NCBI RefSeq assembly: GCF_009914755.1
Contig: NC_060942.1
DNA length: 64,000 bases
DNA from: the human T2T-CHM13v2.0 reference genome, Homo sapiens
Reading direction: 5' to 3' (one strand)
The notes below the pieces were generated by a model. The model was not told the DNA's origin, did not search any database, and saw only the letters and a program-made list of their open reading frames with translations. Below, piece after piece: positions 13,678 through 28,640 of this stretch (positions are counted from its first letter, which is position 1; the number at the start of each line of letters is the position of its first letter). Both the position numbers and the translations under genes were made by a program.

Positions 13678-14628
13678 AAGCAGGGTGAAGAATGTGCTGA
13701 CTGGTCTACTTTTCAGCAAGCCAATGTAACAAGGGGACAGGACACTGAATTGGCAGTAAGGAATGTACTGTGCTTTGCTCCCGCCTCAGTCAAAGCTGAC
13801 TATGTGCTTAGGACAAGTAACTCTGCCTCTTCTCGGCCTCATTTCCCTCAAGTGCAACACAAGGATTCACTGTCTCAGCTTGGATATCCACATTCCTCAC
13901 AGCAGAAGGCAGAAGGAGCTGACTTTTAGGGCTATAGAATTTTAGATCATATACTACAAGACTTCCTGAGGTATTTTCCAACCTTGAGAAATTAACAGAT
14001 ATTATTTCATCATTGAGTTCATTTTTAACACATAAACGTGAGATGTGTTGGATTGAACTATTAGGCAGGTTTCTTTACTGCAGGACTTCTCGTGGTCTTC
14101 AATGTGTTCAGGTGCTCTGTGGCTCTCTAAGAAAGGGAAATGGGAAGAAGCACTCCTCAAACCTCCTTCACTATGTAACCTTTTTTCTTTGTTGAGCTTT
14201 TCATGGGACTAGGATTCTGCTTAATGTACTCTGAGATTGCTTTCAATTATTCATAGTAAAATAATCAAAACCAATATTTATCTCCCCAGAACTGTCCATA
14301 AATTATGAAACGGCTGTGGGGTTCGGTACAAGTGGGCATTTGTATCTCCCAGTGCCTGTTTGTTTACTTTAGAGGCATGTCTCGTTGATTTCCTCTGAGA
14401 AATCCTAAGAGGAAGGACATTCCAAGGCCTCAGACCCTGGGGATATCTGAGGGATGCTGGAGAGGAACAAAGCTAGGCTGGAGGGAGCTGTGGCTCCCAG
14501 CCTCGGTTACTGCAGTTACCATATGCCAGACATTGTGCCAGGCACTGGGGAGATAAGGATGAACAAGGCAATGGCTTCCCTCAAGGGTCTCACAGGCCAG
14601 TGAGGCAAACAGACAAGTAAACAGACAG

Positions 14629-14971
14629 CATCTTAGTCAGCTTGAGCTGCTGTAACCAAATACCATCTCCTGGATGACTTAAACCACAGAAATTTATTCT
14701 TCACAGTTCTGGAGGCTGGAAGTCCAAGATCAAGGTGACAGCATGGTTGGGTTCTGGTGAGGGCTCTCTTCTTGGCTTGTTGACAGCCGCCTTCTCATCA
14801 TGTTCTCACATTGCACAAAAAGAACCCAGGTGTGCCTTCCTTTTATAAAAACACTGATTCCATGGCATCCAAATCTAACTATCTCCCAAAGGCCCCATCT
14901 CCATATATATCACATTGGGAGTTAGGGCTCCAATTATGAATTTTGCAGGGGATACCATTCAGTCCATAGCA
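14629..14971 (-). mobile_element. MLT1A0-like MaLR LTR within L2-like sequence
   Basis: TCTTAGTCAGCTTGAGCTGCTGTAAC ... CATTCAGTCCATAGCA. Confidence 0.8.
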
Positions 14972-15099
14972 GGTGACATGTTAACAAATAAGCCCCAGCT
15001 ACAGGGGGAGCCTGGGACTACACAGGGGGTGGCCCATTCCACCTGGCAGAGTCAAGTAAATCTTACAGGAGATAATTCTTGAGCTGAATCTTGAAACAT

Positions 15100-15670
15100 C
15101 AGGAAGAGTTCTTATTGGTGTATAATTAATTACCAAAAACACAGCAGCTTAAAACAATGCATATTTATTATCTCATGGTTTCCATGGTTCAGGAGTCCAG
15201 GTGAGGCTTAGCCGTGTTCTCCACTTAGGGTCTCACAAGGTAGAAATTCAGGTGTCAGGCAGCTGTGGTTCTCATCTAGAGCTTGGGGACCTCTTCCAAA
15301 CTCATTGGGATTCTTGGCAGAATTCTGTTGCATGTCACTGTAGGATTGAAGTCCCTACTTCCTTGCTGGCTGTTGATCAGAGACTCTCTCCACTCCTTGA
15401 GTCTACTCTCACATGGCTTCTCACAATATGGAAGCTTAAGTCTCCAAAGCCAGCAGGGCCACATCTTTCTGATGTGTCACCATCTATTAAAAGCTCTTCC
15501 AATTAAGTCAGGCCCACCCAGGATACTCTCCCTTTTGATTAACTCAAAGTCAGCTAAACAGTAAACCAATTATGATGACATTCCATCATATTAATTGATT
15601 TGGCCCATATTCAAGAGGGGGAGATTATATAAAGGCAAAAGTCATTGGGAGTCATCTTTGGATTCCGCTG
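15100..15670 (-). mobile_element. MLT1E-like MaLR LTR
   Basis: GCAGCTTAAAACAATGCATATTTATTATCTCA ... and other MLT1 motifs. Confidence 0.6.
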
Positions 15671-18073
15671 ACCTCAGCAGTGAAGGTTGGGGAGAACATT
15701 CGAGGCAGAGAAAGCAGGATGCACAAAGGAATGGCAGAAGGAAGCAACTCAGGACTTTTGGTGTCCTCAAGTGGTTCCATGTGAATGGAACATAAAGCAA
15801 GGACAGAAATGGAGATGCACAGGGTCATAGACAGACAGAAAGCGTATTGCATGGGAAACTCACCAGACTAGCCTAGGGAGCTTAGATTTTATTCTGTAGG
15901 TGAAGGAGATTCATTGAAGAATCATAACAAGGGGCCATGAGGATGAGAAATATGCTTTAGACAGAACATTCAGGAAGCATTAGTAGTGATGAATTGGAGT
16001 GGAATAAACCTGAAGGCTGGGAGGCCATTGTGCTTATCTAGGTTGCAAACAGGATCTCAATGCTCATTAATTTCTGCCCTGGCAGCACAGCTCTTTGGGA
16101 GTCACTGAGATCTAGCCTTACACGCAAATCCAGAACAAGGCTGCCATTATATCAAAATGCTCTGAGCTACTAATGAGGGAGGGTCTGGAGTTAATCCTGT
16201 TGCTAATAGCTTAGTATCTGGGGTATGTGAAATGAACCCAAAAGTTCAAGCCTTCCTCTGGTCACATCTCCTTTTGCCTTGTCTCCACGACTGTATGTAG
16301 CTCTGTGTTGAGTTCCAGATATGTGTTACAGGTACCCCAAAGGAGAGCTGTGCTGAGGAATCTACTGTGTAAACCGCAGCCTGAACTAGGCCAGGCCATT
16401 CTGCCATGAAGACAAGACCACCCTTTTCCACTTTCACTTTTGGACATGGTTCTGCTCTTCACAGAAGGAGCTCTGGATCCACGAATTCTGCCATTCACCC
16501 AACTCCAAACTCCCAGCACTGTTCAGAGAAGAACAGTGCCCAACAGAGCACACTCTCTCTCTTCCCTAGACCCATGCAAACAGTGCCAATGAGCCCGTCA
16601 ATCTTTCCCACCAGTCATGGGTGCAACCTCAGGGTCCTCTTCTACATAGGACCCCAGACAGTCACTCTTATGCATTAGAGTTGGTCATCAAGATGAAAGC
16701 CATCCATCATTCACGGCTGGAGGGCCCCACCCCTTGGATGCCAATAACATCCAAGATGATGTCACTTTACCATGATCCTCTAGTTTAAATTGCTGGCATG
16801 CTTGAGGCTTCATCTGGCATCAGGCCCATGTACTCCTGGCTTTTCCCTTCTCTCTTCAACTTGGGTATTTTGAGGCCAAGAGGCCAAGACCACCTGAATC
16901 ACAACAATTCCAAGATACAAATTATGGAGACAGTGCTTCTGGGAATTTTGAAATCTTTAACACCTCAAGCAAGGTTTTGGTCAGCTAATATGAAGGGACA
17001 TCGACCTGGTTCCCCAAAAGCTTACTATCTAGTTGGAGAGATAGGATATGGTGCTGCGAAATGAACCTAAAATTTCAGCCATCAGAGGCAAAATGCTAAA
17101 TAAGCAGAGGGTTGACAAATGCCAGAGAAATTCAAACCACACAGGGGTAGATATTTTTGGAAATAGCAAATAGGGCTCTGCTCCCGATTCATGACCCAGT
17201 CCCTGGCACTGGTCCTACAAGTGCCAGATGATGGGGAGACAGAGCCAGGTGTTGTGCAATGAGCAGGCAGGAGGAGGGGGTGCCCCGCTGGCCCGGCTGG
17301 GCCCATGGAGCTTGGTGATGCCTCCTGGTGCTGGCTGAGGCCATGAGAGGAGGCAGAAGTGGGAGAGGAGAGCAGCAGGAGCCCTTATCACCAGGAACAC
17401 ACACGTGGGTCCCTTGTCATTTTCTGAACTTAAACTCATCTCTGCCCACAGAGCCCCCACAACCCGGGAGAAGCAGCAGGCAGAGGAGCCATGCGCAGGT
17501 GGAGGAGGCTGGTGCATGCTCTGTGAGATTTCTGTTGGTGACTTCACAGCTGACACACTCAGGATAGAAAAATGGAGAAAGACAAAAGGCTGAGTTAGTA
17601 AGAGCAGAGAGTCCCAGGTTCTCACACACTGGGCCCCAGCTGTGGACTATTCTAGGGCTTTGGAGGCCTAAGCACAGACATCATTCTCTTACCACTTTCT
17701 TATAACTGCTGATGGCCGTAGTGGGGCTGTGTGATGGGAGTGGGCTCAGGTTCTAGTGGACTCCAGGAGCCCTGAAGATTTACCACTGACCAGTCAGGGC
17801 AAAACCATTTTGGGGTGAAAGAGAAAGATGCCAACAGCACGCAGTGAAACACATTATACAGAATTCCACCTCCCCACCATATTTGTATATAGTGGTTAAT
17901 CAGGCAAATCTGAGAAGGGGGAAAGAGGAGCTGGGGAAGAGGCACAGGTAACTGGAGGACATGCTTAGGAGAAGAAAGAGGTAATGCCACCTCTTCACCA
18001 TGGGGATCCCTCTCCTTTCCTTCAAGAAAGTTCCATAGTGCCAGATTTGGAAAAGACTTAAGGAAAGTATAGA

Positions 18074-18200
18074 GGCTGGGCATGGTTCACACCTGTAATC
18101 CTAGCACCTTGGGAGGTGGGAGGATCATTTGAGGCCAGGAGTTTGAGACCAGCCTGGAAAACATGGCAAGACCAGACCATCTCTACCAAAAAAAAAAAAA
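18074..18200 (+). mobile_element. Free left Alu monomer (FLAM-like)
   Basis: Single left arm plus poly(A). TSD AAAGTATAGA / AAAGTTTAGA. Confidence 0.85.
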
Positions 18201-20040
18201 GTTTAGAATATCCTCAGAAGGTGTAACTATGAAAAAAACAAGTGAGCAAGACACACCATACCTACCTACTGTAGAAACCTAGGCTTTTGTTCTCTCACTT
18301 CTTCCCAATAATCCCCCCCGACTTGTGGCCAGACATTGAGGGAGGTGTGTGGGGCACCATCTAAGGATCTCTCAAATCAGCCCCTTCTCCACCTCTATTG
18401 CCCCGCCCTAATCAGAGTCATGGCCATCTCTTGCCTGCACTCCTAAAATTGCCCCCTAACTCAACTCCCTGATTCTAATATTGTTCCATAAATAAATAAC
18501 ATAGATTTTATATTTCCCTTCTGGGGAATTGTTCAAAAGCAATCTGTTAGAAATGCAAAGCTGTTTGTCACTCTCCTGTTTAAATCCAAACTCCTGACCA
18601 CAGGTTGCAAACCTCTGAATGACCTGAAAGACTCTGAATGACCTCCAAGTCTTCCTATTGATAAGGTTGCACACATGGCTCTCTTTTCATTTCCCTGGCG
18701 CAGTTTGTAATTCTGCATTTATTTCTGCTCATTGGCTGCCTCCCTACCCTATGGAAGGGGTCCCGAGGCCAGACCTGCTACATATTCTTCGAGGCAATCG
18801 TGGGAACTCCATCCTCACTCCAGCTACCCTGGTCTCCACTGGGCTCCTTTTTGCCTTTGGCATTTCTCACATGCTGATCCCATTGTCTGAAATGTTCCTT
18901 CCCCTTCTCCTGGCATAGCTGGCTCCTTCTCAGCCTCCAGGACTTGGTTTAGATGAACAAAGGTCTTCTCTGACTGCTTTATCAACTCTCTATTATTGAC
19001 CTAAGATACCATCAACTGTAAGATGTCTCAGAAAGTAAAAGTACCACTCAATAGCATCCCAGGCTGCATCTATTATAAGTTGCATCTTGGTTTCAGAAAT
19101 AGCAAAATGTTTTTAAAAATGTATGCTGCCCAGAATTAAGGAAGTATGGCAAATAGGATTTTCCTGTTATTCTCCGTCATTGTCCCTTGTTCACTTCCAT
19201 CACAACACTTCTCACAATTGTTAATGATATGTGTACTAATGTATGTATAATGCATATAAGATCTGGCTGTTAACTCAAAGGCCCATTGTCTGAGGAGGGT
19301 ATCTGCCTTGTTCATGACTCTATAACCAGCAGCCACTGCAGTTCCTGGTTCAAAGCAAATGCCTCATGAGTGGCTGTTGACTACATGGATGCGTGGAAAG
19401 AGCAGTGGTCTGGAAAGTAAGACATGTGGACTTGAATCTGGCTCTGTCCTTAACCAACTGGGTGACCCTGAGCCAATCACTCTTCTTTCCTGGGTTCCAC
19501 TTCATCGTCTACACAGTGAGAAGATGGAAACTGAACAGGTCCAAGGCTTTCCCAGCTCTAACACTTCAGGAACTAAGTGATGAAATCTTTTCCAATTGTT
19601 TAGGGAAAGTGTCTCATTCCCATAAACGTGGAAGAATTTGCACACTTGCTGCCCCTTAGCCCAATTATCATGTTAGTTGATTTCTTAAAATTCAGAGAAA
19701 CCAAATGCAGGCTGGCAGAGAAGGCTACATGCATGCTGCCTGGAGCTTGCTTGAGCTTTGCCCACCTCTGCTCTCCAGCAGCATCAATAATAAGTGAGGA
19801 CCATTCAGCATTGCAGGCAGGTGCCTGCTCTTTGTTCTGTGAAACTGAGACAGGGCAGAGTTTCTGTAGAAAGATGCTCCTTAGCTCACCAAGGTATGAT
19901 GGTGCTCTTACATGGTATCTTATTTCAAAAGCAGTCGATAATTAGTTAGTCCCTATAGCACGTGGGCTTTGCTGATAAGAAAAACTACATGTAGGGACTA
20001 GGATTCCAAGATGAACAGGAGTCAGTGCATGAGCCTAGAA

Positions 20041-20254
20041 CAAGGTGTGCCAGATTGTTTCTATAAAGGGCCAGGTAATAAATATGTCCAGCTGTGCAAG
20101 TCATACAGTCGCTGCAGCAAACATTCAACTCTGCCATTGTAGCATGAAATAATATGTGACTGAAAAAGCGTGGCTGTGTTCCAATACAATTTTCTTGTCA
20201 AAAATGGGTGGTGGAGGTGGATTTGGCCTGTGGGCCCTAGTGTGCCAACCCCTG
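20041..20254 (+). mobile_element. MER58A (hAT-Charlie MITE)
   Basis: MER58A consensus. Flanked by hAT-type 8-mers GCCTAGAA / CTCTAGGA. Confidence 0.8.
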
Positions 20255-23200
20255 CTCTAGGACTGCATATTCAGAGTCCTTCAGGACTATGCGTTGACTT
20301 ATTGGGCCACCCCATAGATTACCTGTAGCAAATGTGCACCGTGGCTTACCCAAGGTCACACCACTGGAAAACGAAGCTGGGAGCCAAATTCAGGTCCCCT
20401 CGTCCAGTGCATTTTCACTACAGGGTACAATGCTACCTCTTACTGTTCTCATAACATCATTGACAATCCCAGTAAACTTAATTCTTCCCAATCAATGGGG
20501 AAATGTGTATTCCTCAGGCACAGAGAAAAGGAAGAGGATTAATGAAAATAAGTCACTTTCTTCCCGTTTTCATAAGAAAATCTAGAAAAGAAAGATTTAT
20601 CAGTCACCGCGAGCTACCCTGCTTCATAAAGTCAAGCCCACAGAGGCTCTAGGCAAGGCTGAGGGTCACTTTTTTGTTGTTTCCTGGATCAAACTGGACA
20701 GCAGCAAACTGGTATTTTATGGGAAAAGTCTCCCTGGTTCTTTTCTAAGTCTAGCTTTCCTGGCAGGGATGCATTTTACTACAATTAGCCAAACCATTGC
20801 TCTCATCAGAGCAGAGCAGGCCACACTGTGGCTTGTGTTTGGGGAACTAACTTTAGTTTGCCATGTGCTGTTTGTTTCTATCTGCTTGACCATAAATGTG
20901 CAAAGGTTTTAATCTAATTCCGCCCTCAGGGTTTCTACAATCTAGTTGGAGAGATAAGACATAAACATATGAGAGGGTGAAAAAAGTGAAAGAGTTGGAA
21001 AACATTTCAATGCAATAAGAAAAATGCACACACATCTATTCTCTCCCTCTCTCACCTCCAGTGAGCAAGGAGTAATTATTGAACACTGTATAGTATTAAG
21101 CTGCTTTGGGAATGAGAAACTCATTTTTTCTTGAACATAGCATAACCTGTCCTAATCTCTCTTTCTCCTAATGCCCATTCTATTACTATGCAGAACATTT
21201 CTTTCCCACTTACAGACAACGCCCAGAGGTTCAGAGGTGCCTAAAAATCAAGGGCCACTTCCCTACCTTGCCAGACAGAACCATCAATCCCTGTTGGACG
21301 CCTTTAGTTACCTAAAACACATAAAAGGATTGGAAATGAGGCCTTTCGTTGGTAATGAAATTCTAGCTTTTAGGTAAAGACAGTTTATTGGGCAGGTTAT
21401 CCTCCCATACCCAAGACAGTCATTTCAAATCCTCCTAGACACAAAAAGGAGAAGGGACAAATTCTTGCTCTTACACACTGGATGTTTCATTTGTTTATTC
21501 AACAAAGTAGGTGTTGAGGGCTTTTTCTGTGGAAGTCACTGCATGTGTTTTTGTCTGAGATGAGCTTGGAAGACAGATGTTGCCAAGGACAGGGTAATAG
21601 TAAGAATACATGTACACAGTGCTCTCATAATTAAAATGAAAAATGAAATCTGTGAAGAGAGAAAATCAAGACTCCTTTGATTTTCACCTGACATTTAACA
21701 TTTTTCAGTTAGCCATGGAAAAGGAATTACTAACCTTCCCCTAAGGAAGCAGCAGAGCAGAAATGGCCATGGATCCTATTGCTCCAGGTCATTTCCGTAG
21801 GGAATTGGACTGGCAGGTGTGTTCCGGTTCAGGGAGCAGCAGCTGCCAGGGATCTGCCCTGCTCCCCAGCCGCCCAACTTGGGAATACTCCTGCAGGCTC
21901 TCCACTGCCCACAGAAAGAGCCTCTCCTACAAAATGACCAGTGGGTGGATGGAAACGCCATAGGGGCTTCAGGAGATCGTCTGGTCCCATCCCTCTCTGA
22001 GCTGCTGCACAAGGTCAGGAGTTCCTGGAGCTGGGGCTGCTGTAAGGATCAGAGGGCGGGGGCCAGAGCCCAGGGCTAGCATTATAACTGCTGGAGAGTG
22101 CTGCTGCTCTGGCCCAGCCTGACCCCACTCCTTGCACCTGCACCTGCATCCTGGCTGCAGGAGGCTGTGCTCATTTCTAATTCTTCTCCTGGCTCTTTGG
22201 TGTGGGGTGTCCTTGGCTTCCTTCTCTGGCTCCCTGTCTGCCGCATTAACTTCCAGCTCTCCACAAACAGCTCTCCTGGCAACTCCAACTCCAGTTGCTT
22301 CTTTTCTAAATCTGGTAACTAGGGAACATGGAGGGAAGACTGCAGCACCCACAACCCCCAGTCCCTTGGCCCCTTTCACCTGGGCCCCAGCTCGGCATTA
22401 TTAGCAATCACTTTTCTGGGGCAAGACTGGGACTGAGCCTTCTGGCAACTCTATGTAAACAACTGTCACACTCAGGAGCAACCAGGAAAAACAGCTTTGA
22501 TGCCGTAAAAGTCAGGACCCCCAAAAGTGAATGCCACTGACTTAATCTGTTATTTTCAAAGCAGGTGAAATTACTCATTAGCATTCAAAATTCTTATAAT
22601 TCAGATGTCTTATTTGTTAATAAACATGATATAATTGAACAGATATTATAGTGAAATTCCTAAATTAGGCTGGAATCACAATGTTTTTGCCATTACATCT
22701 CATGGCTCATATTTTATTGTATATCCTAACAAGCTGTTTAAACAGGGTGGCGCTATATTTGAAAAGTGACTTCTTTAGCCCAGAGATATAGAAAGGCACT
22801 GACTTAATGGGAGAGACCCTGGTTTTTTCTTCTGACTCTCCTTAATTTGTACTTGTCATTTCTAAGGGAGAGGATCTGCTAAGATGGTGCAGAAACATGG
22901 TCTGCATGCACCTGGTTATTCCTAGATTTGCACCATGGATTCAGGCTTCCCAGATGAATCAAACTGAATTTGATCAGGGTCTTGGCTCTTCCCCTGTCCT
23001 TGGCATAACAACCGGCAAATACGTGTCAGCTCCCACCTTCCTCGTTACCTCCCATTCTCATATTTCTGATAGATGTCCAATCTTTTCTCTGGTTTGCTTC
23101 TGGATTTTATCAACCTGTGTTCCTGAGTAAGAATTAGTCTTGGAATTCACTCTGGACTGTGATCCTTCCCAATTTTGATATATCCTCATGAAATGAATTC

Positions 23201-23373
23201 AAATAATGCAAAAAAGTACTTAGAAAAAAGGTACTCCTCAGGTAGGAGGTACCTGACCTCCTACCACCCGGAGAAAAACACTATTAACTTTTGGGTAAAC
23301 ATTCTTTCAGGCATCTGCCTAAATGTATTATATCTATTTACAGCCTGCTTTCTTCTCTCAACCATATGTTCTT

Positions 23374-23820
23374 GTTGGGAGAGAGAGTTCTCTATGGGTC
23401 TCTTGTGCTTGTACACATTTTGCTGAGTATGCTAAGATTACAAGGTCATTTCTCGGGGTTATGTTTGCAGTGGGCAACTTTGAGGGACGAGGCAACGTCT
23501 CCCTCCTGGACAAAGGGCAAGTTTGCTTACCACTTGCAATAAAATGGTGAGTTCCCAAGCTCATGGCACAAAAAGCATGTTTATATCCCTTTCCAGAGAA
23601 TGTGATACAAACCCACCTGTACACAGCATTCATCTGGGTTGGTAGCATTGCCCCCATGTTAGCTGATGCAAACATACTGATAATTATTCTGCTCCAGTGC
23701 CATAGTTTTTAAAAAGTCCCTTGTCTCTGATCCAGGAGTTTCATGTCTTCTGCCAATATCCACGAAACAGTAACAGACTAATTATTAGCTTTAGTTAAGG
23801 TAAAATCAACAGACCCAATA
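23374..23820 (+). mobile_element. LTR40-like ERVL LTR
   Basis: Starts TGTTGGGAGAGAGAGTTCTCTATGGGTCTCT. Inserted in old L1 sequence. Confidence 0.65.
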
Positions 23821-24680
23821 CTCATCTATGTCTTTCCACTTTAAATATAGATCTAATTATTTTTCATGTGGCTGCATGGTATCACATTGTGAGTGTGTGT
23901 GTGTATATGTGTGTGTGTTTGTATCACAGTATATTTAATTAATCCTCTATTTTTGGGCATTAGGTTTCTACCAGTTTTTTCTTCCTTTTTTTCTTTTGTA
24001 TTTCATACAATGTTGCAATAAATATTATTGTACAAATATCCCTTTATACCTACACAATTTTCTCTTTATGGTGAACTTCTAGAAATAGAATTGCTGGGTC
24101 AAAGAATATGCCCATTTCTATACAGTACTTCAGTTAGAAACTATGGTGGCATATTTTCCTAACGGCATCTAAAAGGAATCTGTCCTTGGTACAACACAAG
24201 TACCATAACTCTTTGATCTTTCCTTTTGGTTACTAGTCACACTGTTATGCCTGAATTTTGAACTGATCTACTCCTTCATTAATATCCCAAATTTAGGTAA
24301 CAGTCTGTAGAGTGTGCCAGTTAGTACAGCCTGTTACCTATATTTGGGATATGAATATATTATCCAAGGAGTAGAACAGTGTAGTTAGTTATATATGGAG
24401 GAAGTGAGGCCCAAAAGTGAAATCACTTGACCAAGATAACACACAATACCAACACTGAGCCAGAGGTTTGATTCATTCCCATGCATAGTCCATTGGTTCA
24501 TGGTATACACAGAAGAATAATAGCCTATGATATTTGCTGTTTCTTTGAGTGGCAAACATATACTATTAGTATTATTGTTATCATGGTCATGTTTCTGAAC
24601 ACTAAAACTTAAGTTATAAGTATTCTTATTAAAATCAAGATAAAGACAATTTCTATTTTTCAGAGTAATAAAATGTAAGT

Positions 24681-25383
<703 letters not shown>

Positions 25384-26519
25384 GCATTTTAACAAACTCG
25401 TTGACCCAGAAACTCCAATTTTAGGAATATATTCAATAGAAAAAAATTAAAAAGTACAAAAATATATACAGCTAGAGCTATTCACATAACACTGTATGAG
25501 TGGAAACAACCAATAGGGGACTGGTTCAATAAATTATGGTGTATTAATACAACTGAATTTTATGAAAAAGAATGAGGTGTGTCTTCATATGCTGATATAG
25601 AATGATTTTCAAGTGCATTGTTAAGTTAATTTTGCTGTCATGTAAATAAAAACGGGAACATAAGTATATAGATTATTTATAGAAGAATAATGAAAAGCTG
25701 ATGATAATGTTTATTTCTGGGGGAGGAGAACAGGAAAAAGATTTAGTCTTTGTATTTGATTTTTCAAAATATCACGTACTGTCATGCATTTGTTTCCATT
25801 TTTAAAAGCAGTAATGTTATAGGTAGAGAGGTAGTGCTTCAAAGCAATGCTTACTAGCCCGGGTCCAGGTCAGAATTTCTGAAGGGGCCTTGGCATCATT
25901 AAGCTCCTCCCCTCTGGACTGGATGCAGGTGGCCCACAGAGGGGTGTTTGTTATTGCCGCTTTACAGCAACTTAGGTACATGAACAAATCCCTGTCATAT
26001 ACACTGGAGCTTTTCCCATTCACTTTTCACTTATCATTTGTCAGCCAATTTCAGCCCTACCTGTACCCACAGATGTTGCTTCTCCTGTTACAGAGCCCCT
26101 GCATTCCCGGGTCTGCACCCACCACCGGGTGTCTTCTGTCTGGGAGCCTTTGTGTTGCTTACTCCTGCTGCCAGTGGCTCATATCCTCCCATCCTCTGCT
26201 TTTCTGATCTCCTGAGGTGGACCTGTGCCCATGGCTAAAGACAGACACCCCTCCGCTTCCAGGTTTCTTTTCTTGTCCACATTCTGGAAAGAAGAACTAT
26301 TCACTTTATAGAGTACTTTCATCTCCAGCCCAGCTAGAATCTTTCCCATTTCTAAACCAGAGGGAGGCAACTATCTTTTTCACTCCTCCGTCTTCCTGTC
26401 AAGTACTGGCATATTTAGCAAGATGTAGGTAGAATTTATTGAGATAAATTTTCATACGTATTTCCTGGGTATGTTGCTCTAACCCCTCTTAGTCACCCAA
26501 GCCTTATAAAAAGTGTCTC

Positions 26520-27111
26520 CATAAAAGAGTCTTTCAGCAACTGTCCACCAAAGAGAAGTGATGTCCACCAAACTGAATAGTACATTGTGATGATAATAAA
26601 CATGGTTCTCTAAAAGCGCTTACCTGGTTTTTATGATGCACAAACTCCAGCTGTCTCTTTGCACTCTTTTTCTGCTGTGACCATGTAAACCTAAAGTAAC
26701 AATAGAGAGACTCTCCAAAGATAATGAATTTATGCAGGAGTGGGCATTGCAATGCAGAAGGCATGTGCCTTGGTACCCTATGGGCATATTCAGAAAGGCA
26801 AGGATTTTAAAGGTAAAATGAGGAAGGTTACAGAAGTTGTTTTGAAACAATTATCCTTGCCTATTCACATCAATAACAAGGGTAACATTAGTTCCAGGTT
26901 GGACAGGCAGTTGCTATGCAGATGTCCTCCCAAAAATATTTTTTGTGTGAAGATGCAATGGCTTTTGTGCAAGGTTGTGGTTTTGGCAGTCTTTTGTGAT
27001 AGCTTATTATCAGGCAACCTCGTGTGAGAACCCTGCTTCATGGCCTTCCCTAACTCCATTTTGTCAGAGTTCAACACAAGTGACTCCATTTTGATTCAGA
27101 CAACTTTCACA
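26520..27111 (-). mobile_element. ERV1-class LTR (MER72-like), same family as 3021-3285
   Basis: Reverse complement starts TGTGAAAGTTGTCTGAATCAAAATGGAGTCAC. Left boundary approximate. Confidence 0.6.
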
Positions 27112-27546
27112 ACCATATTAATTTTTACCACACAGTCCTCAAGATGGTATCTCTTCCTTTGTCCTCCATTATCCCATATCATTAACCCCCTTTCCTTGAA
27201 ATATGTTCCTCATTTTAAGCAAACTAGGTATTTTAAAGGCAATATTTAGAAACAAGGGAAAAGAAAAGAGCTAAGAACTGTTCGTTATAAAAAGATTCTT
27301 CTCTTTATATATTATTTCATCATGGCATTCTTTAAAAGCATGCCAGAGTCACAATTTTGATGTGGTTTAATGTACGATAGCTCTCTGTTATATAAGCCTG
27401 TCACTTCACTGATGTTACGTTCTTACTATATAGGAAGGAAAAGTACATACAAAATTCAGTTCAGACTTGGAAATTAAGTCAGCATTAATATACTTAAGTT
27501 ACAGCACAGCCATTACTTGCTATATGGGTAAAGAACCATGCCATCT

Positions 27547-27936
<390 letters not shown>

Positions 27937-27949
27937 TCATTTCTCTGTT

Positions 27950-28640
27950 TTTTTTTAAATAAAGGTATAATTTACATATAGCATAAGGCACAACTCTTAA
28001 ATGCACAGCTTTACAAATATATGTATAAATATCTATATTGACCTATGTAATCACCCACTCAGATCAAGATACAGGACATTTTTAGTAGCCCGGAAAGCTG
28101 CTTGTCAGTCTTCACCTCCAAGAAGTGACTGCTCTTCTGATTTCTATCACTGAAGATTTTAGCTTGTTTTTGAGCTTCACATAAATAGAGGCGTACGATA
28201 CATAGTCTTTGGTGTTGTTTGCTCGATGTTAGGTCTGTGAGATTTCTCCGCATTATCGTGTGCAGCAGTAGTTCATTCTGTATTTTGCTGTGCTGTATTT
28301 CCTTGAATAAATACATCAAAATTTATTTATGCATATTGCTATGGATGGATAATTGGGTTGTTTCCAGTTTGGGGCTATTGCAAATAAAATTTCTATGAGC
28401 GTTTTTGTAACTTGTCTTTTTGTGGACATATACACTCATTTTTGTTGAATAAAGACACGATAAATTCTGCTATTGGGTTGTAGGGTAGGTGTACATTTAG
28501 CTTTAGAGATAACATGCAACAGTTTTTCTAGCTGACCATCCCTATTTACATTTCCAGAGACGATGCATGAGAGTTCCAGTTCCTCGACATTTTTGTCAAT
28601 TTTCATCTGTTCTTTTAATTTTAGCCAATTTGGTGGGAGA
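27950..28640 (-). mobile_element. Old L1M (L1ME/MC-like) 3' fragment
   Basis: Typical minus-strand L1M 3' motifs (GGGTTGTTTCCAGTTTGGGGCTATT). Confidence 0.7.

Noticed and set aside
17082-17700. Dense overlapping ORFs in a GC-rich block
   Set aside because: No recognisable protein motif. Expected from high GC content, and no convincing exon structure.
18613-18644. Direct repeat CTCTGAATGACCT x2 containing nuclear-receptor half sites
   Set aside because: Spacing is non-canonical. It lies in decayed repeat-like DNA and is probably a slippage duplication.
21969-22404. 136-aa minus-strand ORF and signal-peptide-like 74-aa plus-strand ORF
   Set aside because: Non-ATG starts, no recognisable homology and low-complexity composition.
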